Assembly: GCA_026397235.1 (NCBI GenBank) | Contig: JAPLVG010000016.1 | Span: forward strand, 4,121 to 50,980 | Source of the DNA: Candidatus Berkelbacteria bacterium | GTDB lineage: Bacteria > Patescibacteriota > UBA1384 > XYA2-FULL-43-10 > CAINNR01 | DNA: 46,860 nucleotides | Reading direction: 5' to 3' | Shown: piece by piece, positions 38,287 through 46,700 of the stretch | Layout of the letters: every line of letters starts with the position of its first letter | How positions within the stretch are numbered: position 1 is the stretch's first letter | Program-made: the position numbers and the translations under genes | Notes under the pieces: model-generated | Databases searched by the model: none | Told to the model about the DNA's origin: nothing | The model's input: only the letters and a program-made list of their open reading frames with translations

Positions 38287-39333
38287 ATGAAAAGAATAAC
38301 AGCAATAATAACGTCGGCTTTGTTGGTAGCAGCAACAGTCTTCTGCTTAAATATTTCACCGGCAAATGCGGCAGCGACTGCTACAATTTCCGCATCACCA
38401 GGAAGCGGCGCAAAAACCACCGGCGTCAGTTTTAATGTTACAATTTCGGTCAATGGCGGCGGGCAAAACTTTACCTCTTTCGGTGCCAGTGTGGCAACAA
38501 CAAATTTAACGATTGTCTCTTTGACCAAGGGGTCAAGCGTGGAAAAATGGACGACCGAACCAAGCACCGGCTCGCTGAATTTTTTTGGCGCCGTTTCCGG
38601 ATCGAAAGGCAGCGTCACAGCCTACACACTAAAAGTAAAGGGTAAAAAAGCCGGCAAAGCTTATATCTCAATCAGCGGCGGTTCGGTTAAATCAACCGAC
38701 GGCTATTCGGTGACTGATATTTTCTCTTCATCAAGTGGTGGTAGTTATACCATCGCTGATGCACCGGCTGCACCCGCGGCTACCACTCCGGCAGTCGTTG
38801 CGCCAGCTTCACCGGTTCTGCCGGATACGGAAGCGGATTTAGCCAATAGTTGGGGACAATATTCAGTTGATCCAATTCTTATGGTTAGTGTCGGCACTGA
38901 CACAACTGCAGCATTAGATAGCACCGGTAATTTGACCGGAGTGAAATTTAGCGGTAGTGCAACACCGGGCGCTTTAATTTCGGCCTATATTTTCAGCAGC
39001 AAACTGGTTAAATCAGCCACTGCCGATGCCAACGGTTTGTGGTCGATTGTTCTTACGGAAGGATTAGCCGACGGTTCTCACACTGCCTATTTTGTCAGCA
39101 CGAAAGATGGCGTCAATACCAGAATTTCTAAAAAATTAGCTTTTACAGTAGATGCAACCAACAAAACCGCCACAGAAGTAGCAAGCACAGCGGCGACTGA
39201 AACATCGGCAGCAACTAATGTTTCTCATTGGTATTCCAATCCTTGGTTGTGGACCGGAGTTGGTCTGATCTTAATTGTTTTGATTTTGGTTTGGTATTTT
39301 TACTGGAAAAAACATCGAAAATCAGCTCAATAA
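38287..39333 (+). CDS. cohesin-like plus Ig-like surface protein with C-terminal TM anchor
   Basis: Signal peptide, ATISASP.SG....G.SFNVTISVN beta-sandwich, Pro/Ala linker, FSGSATPG..ADANG.WS..L.DGSHT Ig domain, TM plus KKHRK. Confidence 0.65.
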   Translation: MKRITAIITSALLVAATVFCLNISPANAAATATISASPGSGAKTTGVSFNVTISVNGGGQNFTSFGASVATTNLTIVSLTKGSSVEKWTTEPSTGSLNFFGAVSGSKGSVTAYTLKVKGKKAGKAYISISGGSVKSTDGYSVTDIFSSSSGGSYTIADAPAAPAATTPAVVAPASPVLPDTEADLANSWGQYSVDPILMVSVGTDTTAALDSTGNLTGVKFSGSATPGALISAYIFSSKLVKSATADANGLWSIVLTEGLADGSHTAYFVSTKDGVNTRISKKLAFTVDATNKTATEVASTAATETSAATNVSHWYSNPWLWTGVGLILIVLILVWYFYWKKHRKSAQ

Positions 39334-39359
39334 ATAGATAGATAAAAATCTCGGTTTTT

Positions 39360-39902
39360 GTGCTAGGAGGAAAGTTGTTTTGTTCTAAGTGTGGGGCGAA
39401 AATTGGCAAAGATGAGAAATTCTGCCAAAAATGTGGCCAGATGGTTGGGGACGGCGAGGAGAAAGATAAAAAAATAGCCGAACCGGCTCAAAAGCCGATG
39501 CCAATCCAACCAGCTGCGGTTCAGCCGGCGCCGAAACCGAAACAAAACGCCTGTGTTTCTTGTTTTGTTGGTCTTATAATAATTATTATTTTTATTGTCG
39601 CCATTGCCTCGTTTTCAGATTATTTCAAAAAATATAATACTAATTCCGACACGAAATCAACGGATTCTAAATCAACAACCACAACGCCAAAATCCGACTC
39701 CAGCTCCGGACAAACAACAACTCCTTTGACTCAAACGACAAAACAGTTGTACTATTCAATTGGCTGTTCCGGCTGTCAAAGTTCCGCCTGTCAACGCAGC
39801 TACAATTATGCCGGCTGGGATTCCGGAACCTGGCAGTATTACAAAAATACCTGCAGCTCTTGCCATTGCACCGATCTCAAAAGCCAATCGGTTTGGAGAT
39901 AA
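39360..39902 (+). CDS. zinc-ribbon membrane protein with Cys-rich C-terminus
   Basis: FCSKCG...FCQKCG, one TM, CSGC..C...CSSCHC; N-terminus paralogous to 32745. Confidence 0.7.
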   Translation: MLGGKLFCSKCGAKIGKDEKFCQKCGQMVGDGEEKDKKIAEPAQKPMPIQPAAVQPAPKPKQNACVSCFVGLIIIIIFIVAIASFSDYFKKYNTNSDTKSTDSKSTTTTPKSDSSSGQTTTPLTQTTKQLYYSIGCSGCQSSACQRSYNYAGWDSGTWQYYKNTCSSCHCTDLKSQSVWR

Positions 39903-39934
39903 AACTGATTGAAAATATGATCTATAGTGCGACC

Positions 39935-40459
39935 CTATTTTTTCGTTAGAACAATTGTACCGCTGGCAGATTCGCCGCCACCGGAACCGCTGTAGTTGAC
40001 ATTTATTGTCGTTCCGCTGATCGCCCCGGTATATGTCCCGATGACTGTAGCGCTTTGGCCGCCACTGGTCCCTGTTCCTGACAGATTGCCGCTGACATTG
40101 CCGTTGGCATCAACTGTTCCGGTTACGGTTAGAACAATTTTGATGCTATATGCTCCGGTATAATTGGCGGTACCGGTGATTGTGCCGTTTAAAATGTTCA
40201 CATTAGCAGCGGTAATTCCTTTGTTGGCATTGGAAGTGCCGGAGTAACTGCCGTCAAATTGTGCCAGCGGATTAACTGGAGTCGTAACGGCCGGTGTTAT
40301 GGTTTTTGGTTTCGATCGGTAAATCACGACTGTAACAATCGCGGCGATAGCAATTAGACCAATAATTACTAAAATAATTCCTAACTTGTTCTTCGACCAA
40401 AATGATCCCTCTTCAATTTTTTTTTCTCCGCCAGAGGCGGACTCCACTTCGTTTCGCAT
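39935..40459 (-). CDS. membrane-anchored Gly/Thr-rich beta protein
   Basis: AAGGAGG RBS, one TM, FDGSYSG... beta strands. Confidence 0.7.
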   Translation of the reverse strand: MRNEVESASGGEKKIEEGSFWSKNKLGIILVIIGLIAIAAIVTVVIYRSKPKTITPAVTTPVNPLAQFDGSYSGTSNANKGITAANVNILNGTITGTANYTGAYSIKIVLTVTGTVDANGNVSGNLSGTGTSGGQSATVIGTYTGAISGTTINVNYSGSGGGESASGTIVLTKK

Positions 40460-40517
40460 AATTCCTCCTTGGTTAATTTAATAATATTATAGCAAAAAAC
40501 CGAATTATCCTGTTCCA

Positions 40518-40546
40518 TTTACATTCAACTGGTTTTTTGCTAAGAT
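40518..40546 (+). promoter_or_regulatory. tRNA-Asn promoter
   Basis: TTTACA-17-TAAGAT with a TG extension, 10 nt before the tRNA. Confidence 0.6.
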
Positions 40547-40590
40547 TTTTCTGTATTCCCCGGTAGCTCAATGGCAGAGCAATTCGCTGT

Positions 40591-41132
40591 GGCACCTTAA
40601 AATTCCTTCATAAATATGAGACAATCTGCTTAATGGAGAAAAGAAAATATCGAGATCGAGCAGAGGAAAACAAAAAAGCCGTCGCCAAAAGAAGAAAAAT
40701 GATTAAAGCAATGACGGTTAAGTACAAAGGTGGTAAGTGTTGCGTTTGTGGATACCATAAATGCAGCGCGGCTTTGTATTTCCACCACATTGATGATAGT
40801 GACAAAAGCTTTGGTTTATCCCTTAGGGGTTTGACCCGGTCATGGGCAAGAACAAAGGCCGAAGCTGATAAATGTGTATTAGTTTGTGCAAATTGTCATC
40901 ATGAAATTCATGAAGGAACAACGCAGCTTCCAACAGAAACGTTGGTTGAAAAATCTCGGGATAACGGTGAAGGCTAAGTCGTAAGATATGCTAATACCGT
41001 GGGAACCCAGCACCACTTTTACGTTAGGTTAATGTAAAAGTGGTGCTGGGGCGCCGTAGAGACTAGATACCGAGACTCCTGTAAAATGGAGATGATATAG
41101 TCCACGCTGCTATGAAAATAGTGGATTAAGTG
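40591..41132 (+). mobile_element. group I intron (542 nt) at tRNA position 35/36
   Basis: Exon ends in U and intron ends in G. IGS GCAGC (40923-27) pairs GCUGU with a U-G wobble. P3 TCTCGG/CCGAGA, P4 ACGGT/ACCGT, P7 GACTA/TAGTC in AGAGACTA...GATATAGTCC context, and P8 and P9 hairpins. Confidence 0.92.
40633..40977 (+). CDS. intron-encoded HNH endonuclease
   Basis: KGGKCCVCGY...FHHID...KCVLVCANCHHEIH. Confidence 0.88.
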   Translation: MEKRKYRDRAEENKKAVAKRRKMIKAMTVKYKGGKCCVCGYHKCSAALYFHHIDDSDKSFGLSLRGLTRSWARTKAEADKCVLVCANCHHEIHEGTTQLPTETLVEKSRDNGEG

Positions 41133-41181
41133 TAACGAAAAGGTTGTCCGTTCGAATCGGACCCGGGGAGCCATAAAAAAT

Positions 41182-41208
41182 AGATCATCGCAAGATGGTC
41201 TTTTTCTT
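41182..41208 (+). terminator. tRNA terminator
   Basis: AGATCATC-GCAA-GATGGTCT followed by a T-tract. Confidence 0.75.
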
Positions 41209-41258
41209 ATTGATTATTTTTGTAAATTTGCTAGTATATTCGCAAGAGGTCTAAACAG

Positions 41259-41726
41259 ATGAACGAGACAACACTTTGTTATTTGATCCGCAATGGTGTG
41301 CAAGGTCTGGAAGTTTGTCTTGCGGAGAAGAAACTGCGATACGTCAAAGGCAAGCTAAATGCCGCTGGCGGCCATGTTGAAAAAGGTGAAGATCCGGCAG
41401 CTTGTGCCGCTCGCGAGCTTTTTGAAGAACAAGATGTTGTTGTCGAACCGGGAAAGCTTTGTCTCCAAGCCACAATCTACTTCATTTTTCCTGGCAAAGA
41501 GCATGTTGACCTAAAGTGCCACGTCTTTGTAGCTCGCGGTTGGGAAGGTTGCCCAAAAGAAACCTCGTCAATGGGAGCTCCTGAATGGTATCCGGTTGAC
41601 AATCTCCCAGTTGATCAGTTGCCAGGAGCCGACGCTGATTGGCTACCAACCGTTATCGTCGGCGAGGAATTCATCGAACGGACTTATCGTTTCGACAAGG
41701 ATTTCAAACCTCTTCAATCGGCATAG
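41259..41726 (+). CDS. NUDIX hydrolase (8-oxo-dGTPase/MutX-like)
   Basis: TTLCYL, GGHVEKGEDPAACAARELFEE Nudix box, ET..M.PEW, AD..WLP. Confidence 0.88.
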   Translation: MNETTLCYLIRNGVQGLEVCLAEKKLRYVKGKLNAAGGHVEKGEDPAACAARELFEEQDVVVEPGKLCLQATIYFIFPGKEHVDLKCHVFVARGWEGCPKETSSMGAPEWYPVDNLPVDQLPGADADWLPTVIVGEEFIERTYRFDKDFKPLQSA

Positions 41727-41803
41727 ACCACCTGTAGTGATCTTGGACCAATCTGTGCGATTGGTCATTTTTTTAATATCAACCATGTGGTAAAATATAA
41801 CAA

Positions 41804-42682
41804 ATGGAAACTGTTATTGAAGTCAAAGATTTGAAGAAGCATTTTGCGGCGGTTAGGGCCGTTGACGGGATTTCTTTTGAAATTAAAAAGGGTGAGATTT
41901 TTGGTTTTTTGGGTCCAAATGGGGCAGGTAAAACGACAACAATACGAATGATAATGGATTTTATCCGCCCAACTTCCGGTGAAATTAAAATTGCCGGGCT
42001 TGATGCGACAAAAGATAGCGTTGAATTAAAAAGAAAGATCGGCTATCTCTCAGATACGGCCAGATTTTATAACCACTGGAATGTCAAAAAGCACTTGGAT
42101 TTTCAGCAGGGAATGCGGGGAAAATCAAAAAATCTTGACGACCTGATTAAATTATTTAGATTGACATCAAAACAAAATTTCGCAAATTTATCATCTGGCA
42201 ACAAGCGAAAACTTTCAATTATCTTGGCGCTAATGAACAACCCGGAAATTTTAATCCTTGATGAACCAACATCATCACTTGATCCGATTTTGCAAAATGC
42301 ATTTCTAAACTATCTTGATAATTTTGCCAAAAACGGCGGCACGGTTTTTATGTCATCTCATAATTTATCCGAAGTTGAGAAGGTTTGTGATCGAGTCGGC
42401 ATTATTAAAGACGGCAAAATGGTGGCAGTTGAAAGAATTTCGGAAATGAAGTTGATGAAAATGTATGATGTTCGTTTTCATGCCGAAAAAATTGATCCTA
42501 AAATTTTTGCTGCTGAAAATATTGAAATCATTAGCCACACTGACGGTCTAACAATGTTGAAAGTCAAGGGCGACATTAATCCAGTGATGGAAAAATTAGC
42601 AAAAATTAAAGTTAAAGATTTGGAAATCACTCACGTTAGTTTGGAAGATATTTTTATGGAGTTTTACCAGAGAAATAAATGA
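41804..42682 (+). CDS. ABC-2 type transporter ATP-binding protein
   Basis: GPNGAGKTT, LSSGNKRK, LILDEPT, SSH. Confidence 0.93.
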   Translation: METVIEVKDLKKHFAAVRAVDGISFEIKKGEIFGFLGPNGAGKTTTIRMIMDFIRPTSGEIKIAGLDATKDSVELKRKIGYLSDTARFYNHWNVKKHLDFQQGMRGKSKNLDDLIKLFRLTSKQNFANLSSGNKRKLSIILALMNNPEILILDEPTSSLDPILQNAFLNYLDNFAKNGGTVFMSSHNLSEVEKVCDRVGIIKDGKMVAVERISEMKLMKMYDVRFHAEKIDPKIFAAENIEIISHTDGLTMLKVKGDINPVMEKLAKIKVKDLEITHVSLEDIFMEFYQRNK

Positions 42683-42805
42683 GGAATAAGTTGTTAGGCG
42701 TAGAGGTGAGTATTGGTAAAGTTTAGGTCGAAGTCTTTGGGATAAATAACTTGAACTTAGACTACGACTATACTAACATCCAACCCTTTCAACTTATAAC
42801 AAATT

Positions 42806-43609
42806 ATGTTTAGAATTACTTGGGAGACAATGAAAGAGCGAAAGTGGCCGATGCTAATTTATTCTATGTCGTCAATTTTGTTATTGCTTTTGTACGTTGC
42901 GCTTTATCCCAGTATGGCGAGCCAATCACAACAATTGGCTGAAGTGATGAAATCGATGCCGGAAGCGTTGATGAAAGCTCTTGGTTCATCGGCGGCACAA
43001 TTAACGAATTTTTCACTTGAGGCGCTTTTGGCCAGCAAACAATTTTCGGTAGTTTTTCAGGCGTTAGCGGCAATTTTTGCCATTTCGATCGCGGCCAACG
43101 ATCTTGCTGGCGAGATAGAAACCGGAACGATTGAATTTTTACTTTCGCAGCCGATTTCCAGAACAAAACTTTATTTCTCGCGGTTTTTTTCTGGCTCATT
43201 ACTATTGATCATTTTTTGTATCCTTTCAACTGTGACCGTAATTCCGATAGCAAAGCTTTTCCATGTTGATTATTCAGCTGTGGTTTATTGGCGGCTGTTG
43301 TTCGTGTCAGTATTATATTCTTTAGCGATTTATTCCTTCTCTTATGTGCTTTCAGCAATCTTTTCGGTCAAGGGCCGCGTTACTGGTATCGCCGGTGGAA
43401 TTATCACTTTAATGTACGTTGTCTTTATTATCTCGTCATTAAAAGAAAGTTTAGACAAACTAAAATATCTGTCATTTTTCCACTATTTTTCCGCCGACGT
43501 ACTCTATACCGGCGTCGACAAACTCGGCGTTTGGATTTTCATCGCCATCATCATCATTTGTACAACAGCAGGTGCCCTGGTTTTCAATCAACGCGATATT
43601 TCAACATAA
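42806..43609 (+). CDS. ABC-2 type transporter permease
   Basis: Six TM helices, AGEIETGTIEFLLSQPISR, F.QRDI C-terminus. Confidence 0.9.
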   Translation: MFRITWETMKERKWPMLIYSMSSILLLLLYVALYPSMASQSQQLAEVMKSMPEALMKALGSSAAQLTNFSLEALLASKQFSVVFQALAAIFAISIAANDLAGEIETGTIEFLLSQPISRTKLYFSRFFSGSLLLIIFCILSTVTVIPIAKLFHVDYSAVVYWRLLFVSVLYSLAIYSFSYVLSAIFSVKGRVTGIAGGIITLMYVVFIISSLKESLDKLKYLSFFHYFSADVLYTGVDKLGVWIFIAIIIICTTAGALVFNQRDIST

Positions 43610-43697
43610 ATCATTTTGCTAATGCGGGGAAAATTATTTAACACCTCGTTTTTTTTATTGTTTTTAATTATCGACCATCATCAGTTTTTACTATCCC

Positions 43698-43731
43698 GAC
43701 CGATATTAACCGATCGGTCACAATCAGTCGG
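43698..43731. repeat. CGATCG-centred palindromic repeat, copy C
   Basis: GACCGATATTAACCGATCGGTCACAATCAGTCGG, identical to 44295-44328. Confidence 0.92.
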
Positions 43732-43734
43732 AGA

Positions 43735-44271
43735 TCAGAAGAGTTTCTTGATATGGTCGTCAACATTACTTTTATCGACAATGAAATACGAGACATATTC
43801 ACGGATGCCGAGCTCGTCAACCACCAAATCAATTTCATCTGCTTTGTTGAAGCGACAAACCCACAAACTTTTTTGCAGTTTCTTGTAGCCGATTCGTCGC
43901 AAAGTTCGGCAAAATTGATGTCTCCTTTTGCAATGCTCTTCTGGAATGTCGTAGGAAATAATTCTAATTTTACCGTCCGATTCGCTGTTTTTGGGATTTT
44001 CCAAATTCTTGATTTTGCCTCTCGTCGTCAGGCGGACAGAGTAAGATCCGTCAATTTTCTTTAGTTCGATGTAGCCTCGCTTGTCCATACTTCTCAAATT
44101 GTCGATTAATTGATCGGCGAGAAATCCATGGCCGTCGATATTTTTGTGATCAATGAATGATCCGAGTAATGCCTCAGGAATTCGGGCGATTATGCTGAGA
44201 ATAGTCCAAGTGATTTCACCCGAAACTTGGCCGATTTTATTCAGAGTTTCTTTTCCCGTCTCTTTTTTCAT
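43735..44271 (-). CDS. PaaX-like protein: winged HTH plus Cas2-like ferredoxin-fold domain (178 aa)
   Basis: L..M.KRGYI.....RLTTRGK wHTH; IISYDIPE...RR..F...LRRIGY..LQKSLW Cas2/PaaX-central motif. TGATATAAT lies 7 nt before ATG 44271. Confidence 0.85.
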   Translation of the reverse strand: MKKETGKETLNKIGQVSGEITWTILSIIARIPEALLGSFIDHKNIDGHGFLADQLIDNLRSMDKRGYIELKKIDGSYSVRLTTRGKIKNLENPKNSESDGKIRIISYDIPEEHCKRRHQFCRTLRRIGYKKLQKSLWVCRFNKADEIDLVVDELGIREYVSYFIVDKSNVDDHIKKLF

Positions 44272-44294
44272 TACAATTATTATATCAAACTTCA

Positions 44295-44328
44295 GACCGA
44301 TATTAACCGATCGGTCACAATCAGTCGG
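44295..44328. repeat. CGATCG-centred palindromic repeat, copy D
   Basis: Identical 34-bp direct repeat of 43698-43731. Confidence 0.92.
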
Positions 44329-44409
44329 GGATTGGTGCCGATGATCGGTGGAAAAAGCGCTGAACATAATAAATAGCATTAAAAATAGGAAAAATTGTTG
44401 TAGCACTTG

Positions 44410-44467
<58 letters not shown>

Positions 44468-44531
44468 TGGAATTAGAAACTAGAATTAATTAATCCTTGG
44501 ATTTAGTCCAAGATAAAATTTGGAGGTATTT

Positions 44532-45110
44532 ATGCCAGGTGGAGTAGAAGGATCACCACAGGAGCTTTATAATGAGCGTGGACAAGTGAAAGATCCAGAA
44601 ATTGCACAAGAAATGGCCAAAGTTGAGAAACCATTTCGCGAAAAAAAAGTTTTAGGGATTTTCAAGCCCTCCAATAAACGGATAAAAGAAGGGGAACAAC
44701 GGGCTGAAAATTTGGGCAAGGACTTGCGAATTGAAAAAGAAGATAAAAATGGTTTGGGCAGCGCTCAGCATAAACAAAATGGTCAAGAAAATTTAGCGGC
44801 CACTGAACAGGGAGAATTAATTGATGACATTATTCCAATATCTGTGAGTTGTGAAAACCGAACTAATGTACGAGATCCTGAGTGCATGAATAACCCTGAA
44901 TTGATCAGATACAGTCTTGAAAGACATGCCAAACAGAGACTGGGTGAAAGCTGGAAAGAAAAAGTAAAAAGCTTCAATATCCATTTGACAGTCGAGGATA
45001 ATTTAGCTCGTAATGGAAATGTTTTTATCTATTCTGATCAAGTTATAATGAAAGATGGGACAGTGGTTGAACTAGGTGTGGGTCGTACACCAGATTTATC
45101 TTTTTTCTGA
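44532..45110 (+). CDS. hypothetical protein
   Basis: GGAGG RBS, charged 192-aa ORF, followed by a terminator. Confidence 0.7.
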   Translation: MPGGVEGSPQELYNERGQVKDPEIAQEMAKVEKPFREKKVLGIFKPSNKRIKEGEQRAENLGKDLRIEKEDKNGLGSAQHKQNGQENLAATEQGELIDDIIPISVSCENRTNVRDPECMNNPELIRYSLERHAKQRLGESWKEKVKSFNIHLTVEDNLARNGNVFIYSDQVIMKDGTVVELGVGRTPDLSFF

Positions 45111-45127
45111 AAATAAGGCGATTTGCT

Positions 45128-45156
45128 AAAAAAAACCAGCTTCGGCTGGTTTTTTT
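45128..45156. terminator. bidirectional intrinsic terminator
   Basis: A8-CCAGC-TTCG-GCTGG-T7. Confidence 0.85.
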
Positions 45157-45206
45157 GGTAGAGGCAATATTTATCAGTCGGTGGGATATTTTGCTATACT
45201 TAATTT

Positions 45207-45965
45207 ATGCGATATTCTCATCCACTACAAAAAAGCAGTAAGCATCACATTTTAAAGCACCATTTTACCAGTGGCGCTATTAGCTGGGCTTGGATTTTGG
45301 CAGCATTTTTAGTTGTAGGTTTTGTTTTTAGTTTTTCTAGTTTAAGCTGGAATCAGATTCTGGGCGGATTTGTCGTCAGCCTAATTCGCACCAGTATTTC
45401 CTATATTATAGCCGCAACACTTGCTATCATTATCGCTCTGGCTATGACTTCGAGTCGTTGGTTAGAAGGATTATTGTTGCCGGTTTTTGATGTCCTGCAG
45501 AGTTTTCCAAGCTTTGCCTTATTCCCAGTTTTAGTTGTAGCACTACGAAATTCTCCAGAGTTCATTATCATCATCGTTTTAACTATAACCATGATCTGGC
45601 CGATACTCTTCTCAATTATTGGTGGAATAAAAAATCGCCGCCAAGATTTTGAAGAAGCGGCAACTATTTTTGGCGCTCGTGGTTCGAAACGCTTAGTCCA
45701 TTTCGTGTTTCCCGAGCTCATGCCGTCAATTGTAACCGGCTCAATTGTTGGATGGGGTGAAGGCTGGGAATTCATTATCGGTGCCGAACTTTTGGTTAAA
45801 ACTAACATCGGCATAGGATCATATCTTGGATTTTTAGGACAGAATCAAAAAAATGTTGCTTTGGCGTTTGGAATTATTATTTTGCTAATGCTTTTGTTTG
45901 TTATTAATAAATTAATTTGGTTGCCGCTACTCACGCGAGCTACCAATTATAGTTCGGAGTCATAA
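45207..45965 (+). CDS. NitT/TauT-type ABC transporter permease
   Basis: DVLQSFP.FA.FP, EEAATIFGA (EAA loop), W..IIGAELL. Confidence 0.9.
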   Translation: MRYSHPLQKSSKHHILKHHFTSGAISWAWILAAFLVVGFVFSFSSLSWNQILGGFVVSLIRTSISYIIAATLAIIIALAMTSSRWLEGLLLPVFDVLQSFPSFALFPVLVVALRNSPEFIIIIVLTITMIWPILFSIIGGIKNRRQDFEEAATIFGARGSKRLVHFVFPELMPSIVTGSIVGWGEGWEFIIGAELLVKTNIGIGSYLGFLGQNQKNVALAFGIIILLMLLFVINKLIWLPLLTRATNYSSES

Positions 45966-46696
45966 TGACTGATGGCCAAATAATACAATTAAAAAATATT
46001 TCGCAGAATTTCGAAATAGATAGCAAAAAACAAATTGTTTTGAAAGATATTAGTTTTGAAATTAAAAAAGGCGAGTTTGTTTGCATTGTCGGGCCATCTG
46101 GTTGCGGCAAATCGACACTTCTGCGGATAGTCGCCAAGCTAATCAATCCAACAGCGGGGGCGGTAAGAGTTAACACTGATAAATTAGCCATGGTTTTTCA
46201 AAATTTCGCCTTATTCCCTTGGTTAACCGTTGAAGAAAATATAGCTTTTGGATTAAATATGTCAGGAGCTAAAGAATCAGAAGCAAAAAAAATAGTTAGA
46301 GAGCAAATTACCGCTATGGGCCTGTCCGGCGTTGAGAAAAAACATCCAAAGGAACTATCCGGTGGTATGAAGCAACGGGTTGGAATCGCTAGAGCCTTGG
46401 CGATTAATCCGGAAATTTTACTTTTGGATGAACCTTTTTCGGCGCTAGATATCTTTACGGCAAAAAAATTGCGTGCGGAATTATTATCCATCTGGAAAGA
46501 AAGAAATTTGACAGTCTTGATGGTGTCACACTTGGTTGAAGAAGCAGTGGAGTTAGCTGATCGGGTAATAATTATGTCGGCAAATCCGGGAAAAGTAAAA
46601 GAGGCAAAAAATGTCGGATTGTCTCGTCCAAGAAGTGTGCGATCTGAGCAATTTTATCATCTAGTTGATGAAATTGAAAAGCTGATTCATTCATAA
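45965..46696 (+). CDS. NitT/TauT-type ABC transporter ATP-binding protein
   Basis: GPSGCGKST, VFQNFALFPW, LSGGMKQR, LLDEPFSALD. Confidence 0.93.
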   Translation: MTDGQIIQLKNISQNFEIDSKKQIVLKDISFEIKKGEFVCIVGPSGCGKSTLLRIVAKLINPTAGAVRVNTDKLAMVFQNFALFPWLTVEENIAFGLNMSGAKESEAKKIVREQITAMGLSGVEKKHPKELSGGMKQRVGIARALAINPEILLLDEPFSALDIFTAKKLRAELLSIWKERNLTVLMVSHLVEEAVELADRVIIMSANPGKVKEAKNVGLSRPRSVRSEQFYHLVDEIEKLIHS

Positions 46697-46700
46697 TTAC

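Larger units (their letters stand above)
40557..41173 (+). tRNA. tRNA-Asn(GTT), exons 40557-40590 and 41133-41173
   Basis: Joined exons give TCCCCGG/CCGGGGA acceptor, GCTC/GAGC D-stem, TTCG-CT-GTT-AA-CGAA anticodon arm, GTCCG-TTCGAAT-CGGAC T-arm, G73 and CCA. Confidence 0.95.

Noticed and set aside
40633-40977. Stand-alone HNH restriction or phage gene
   Set aside because: It lies within the tRNA-Asn group I intron and overlaps the ribozyme core.
42683-42805. Degenerate G/T-rich then C/A-rich inverted segment between ABC genes (ATAAGTTG/CAACTTAT ends)
   Set aside because: Possibly a decayed repeat element, but pairing is too weak to define a structure or family.
43698-44328. CRISPR array or CRISPR-Cas locus suggested by 34-bp repeats and a Cas2-like protein
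   Set aside because: Only two adjacent repeats, separated by a 563-bp gene-containing segment. No spacer-sized intervals and no cas1 or effector genes.
44272-44406. N-terminal extension of the ORF-track 223-aa protein
   Set aside because: It runs through the palindromic repeat. The extended -10 box just before ATG 44271 marks the more likely start.
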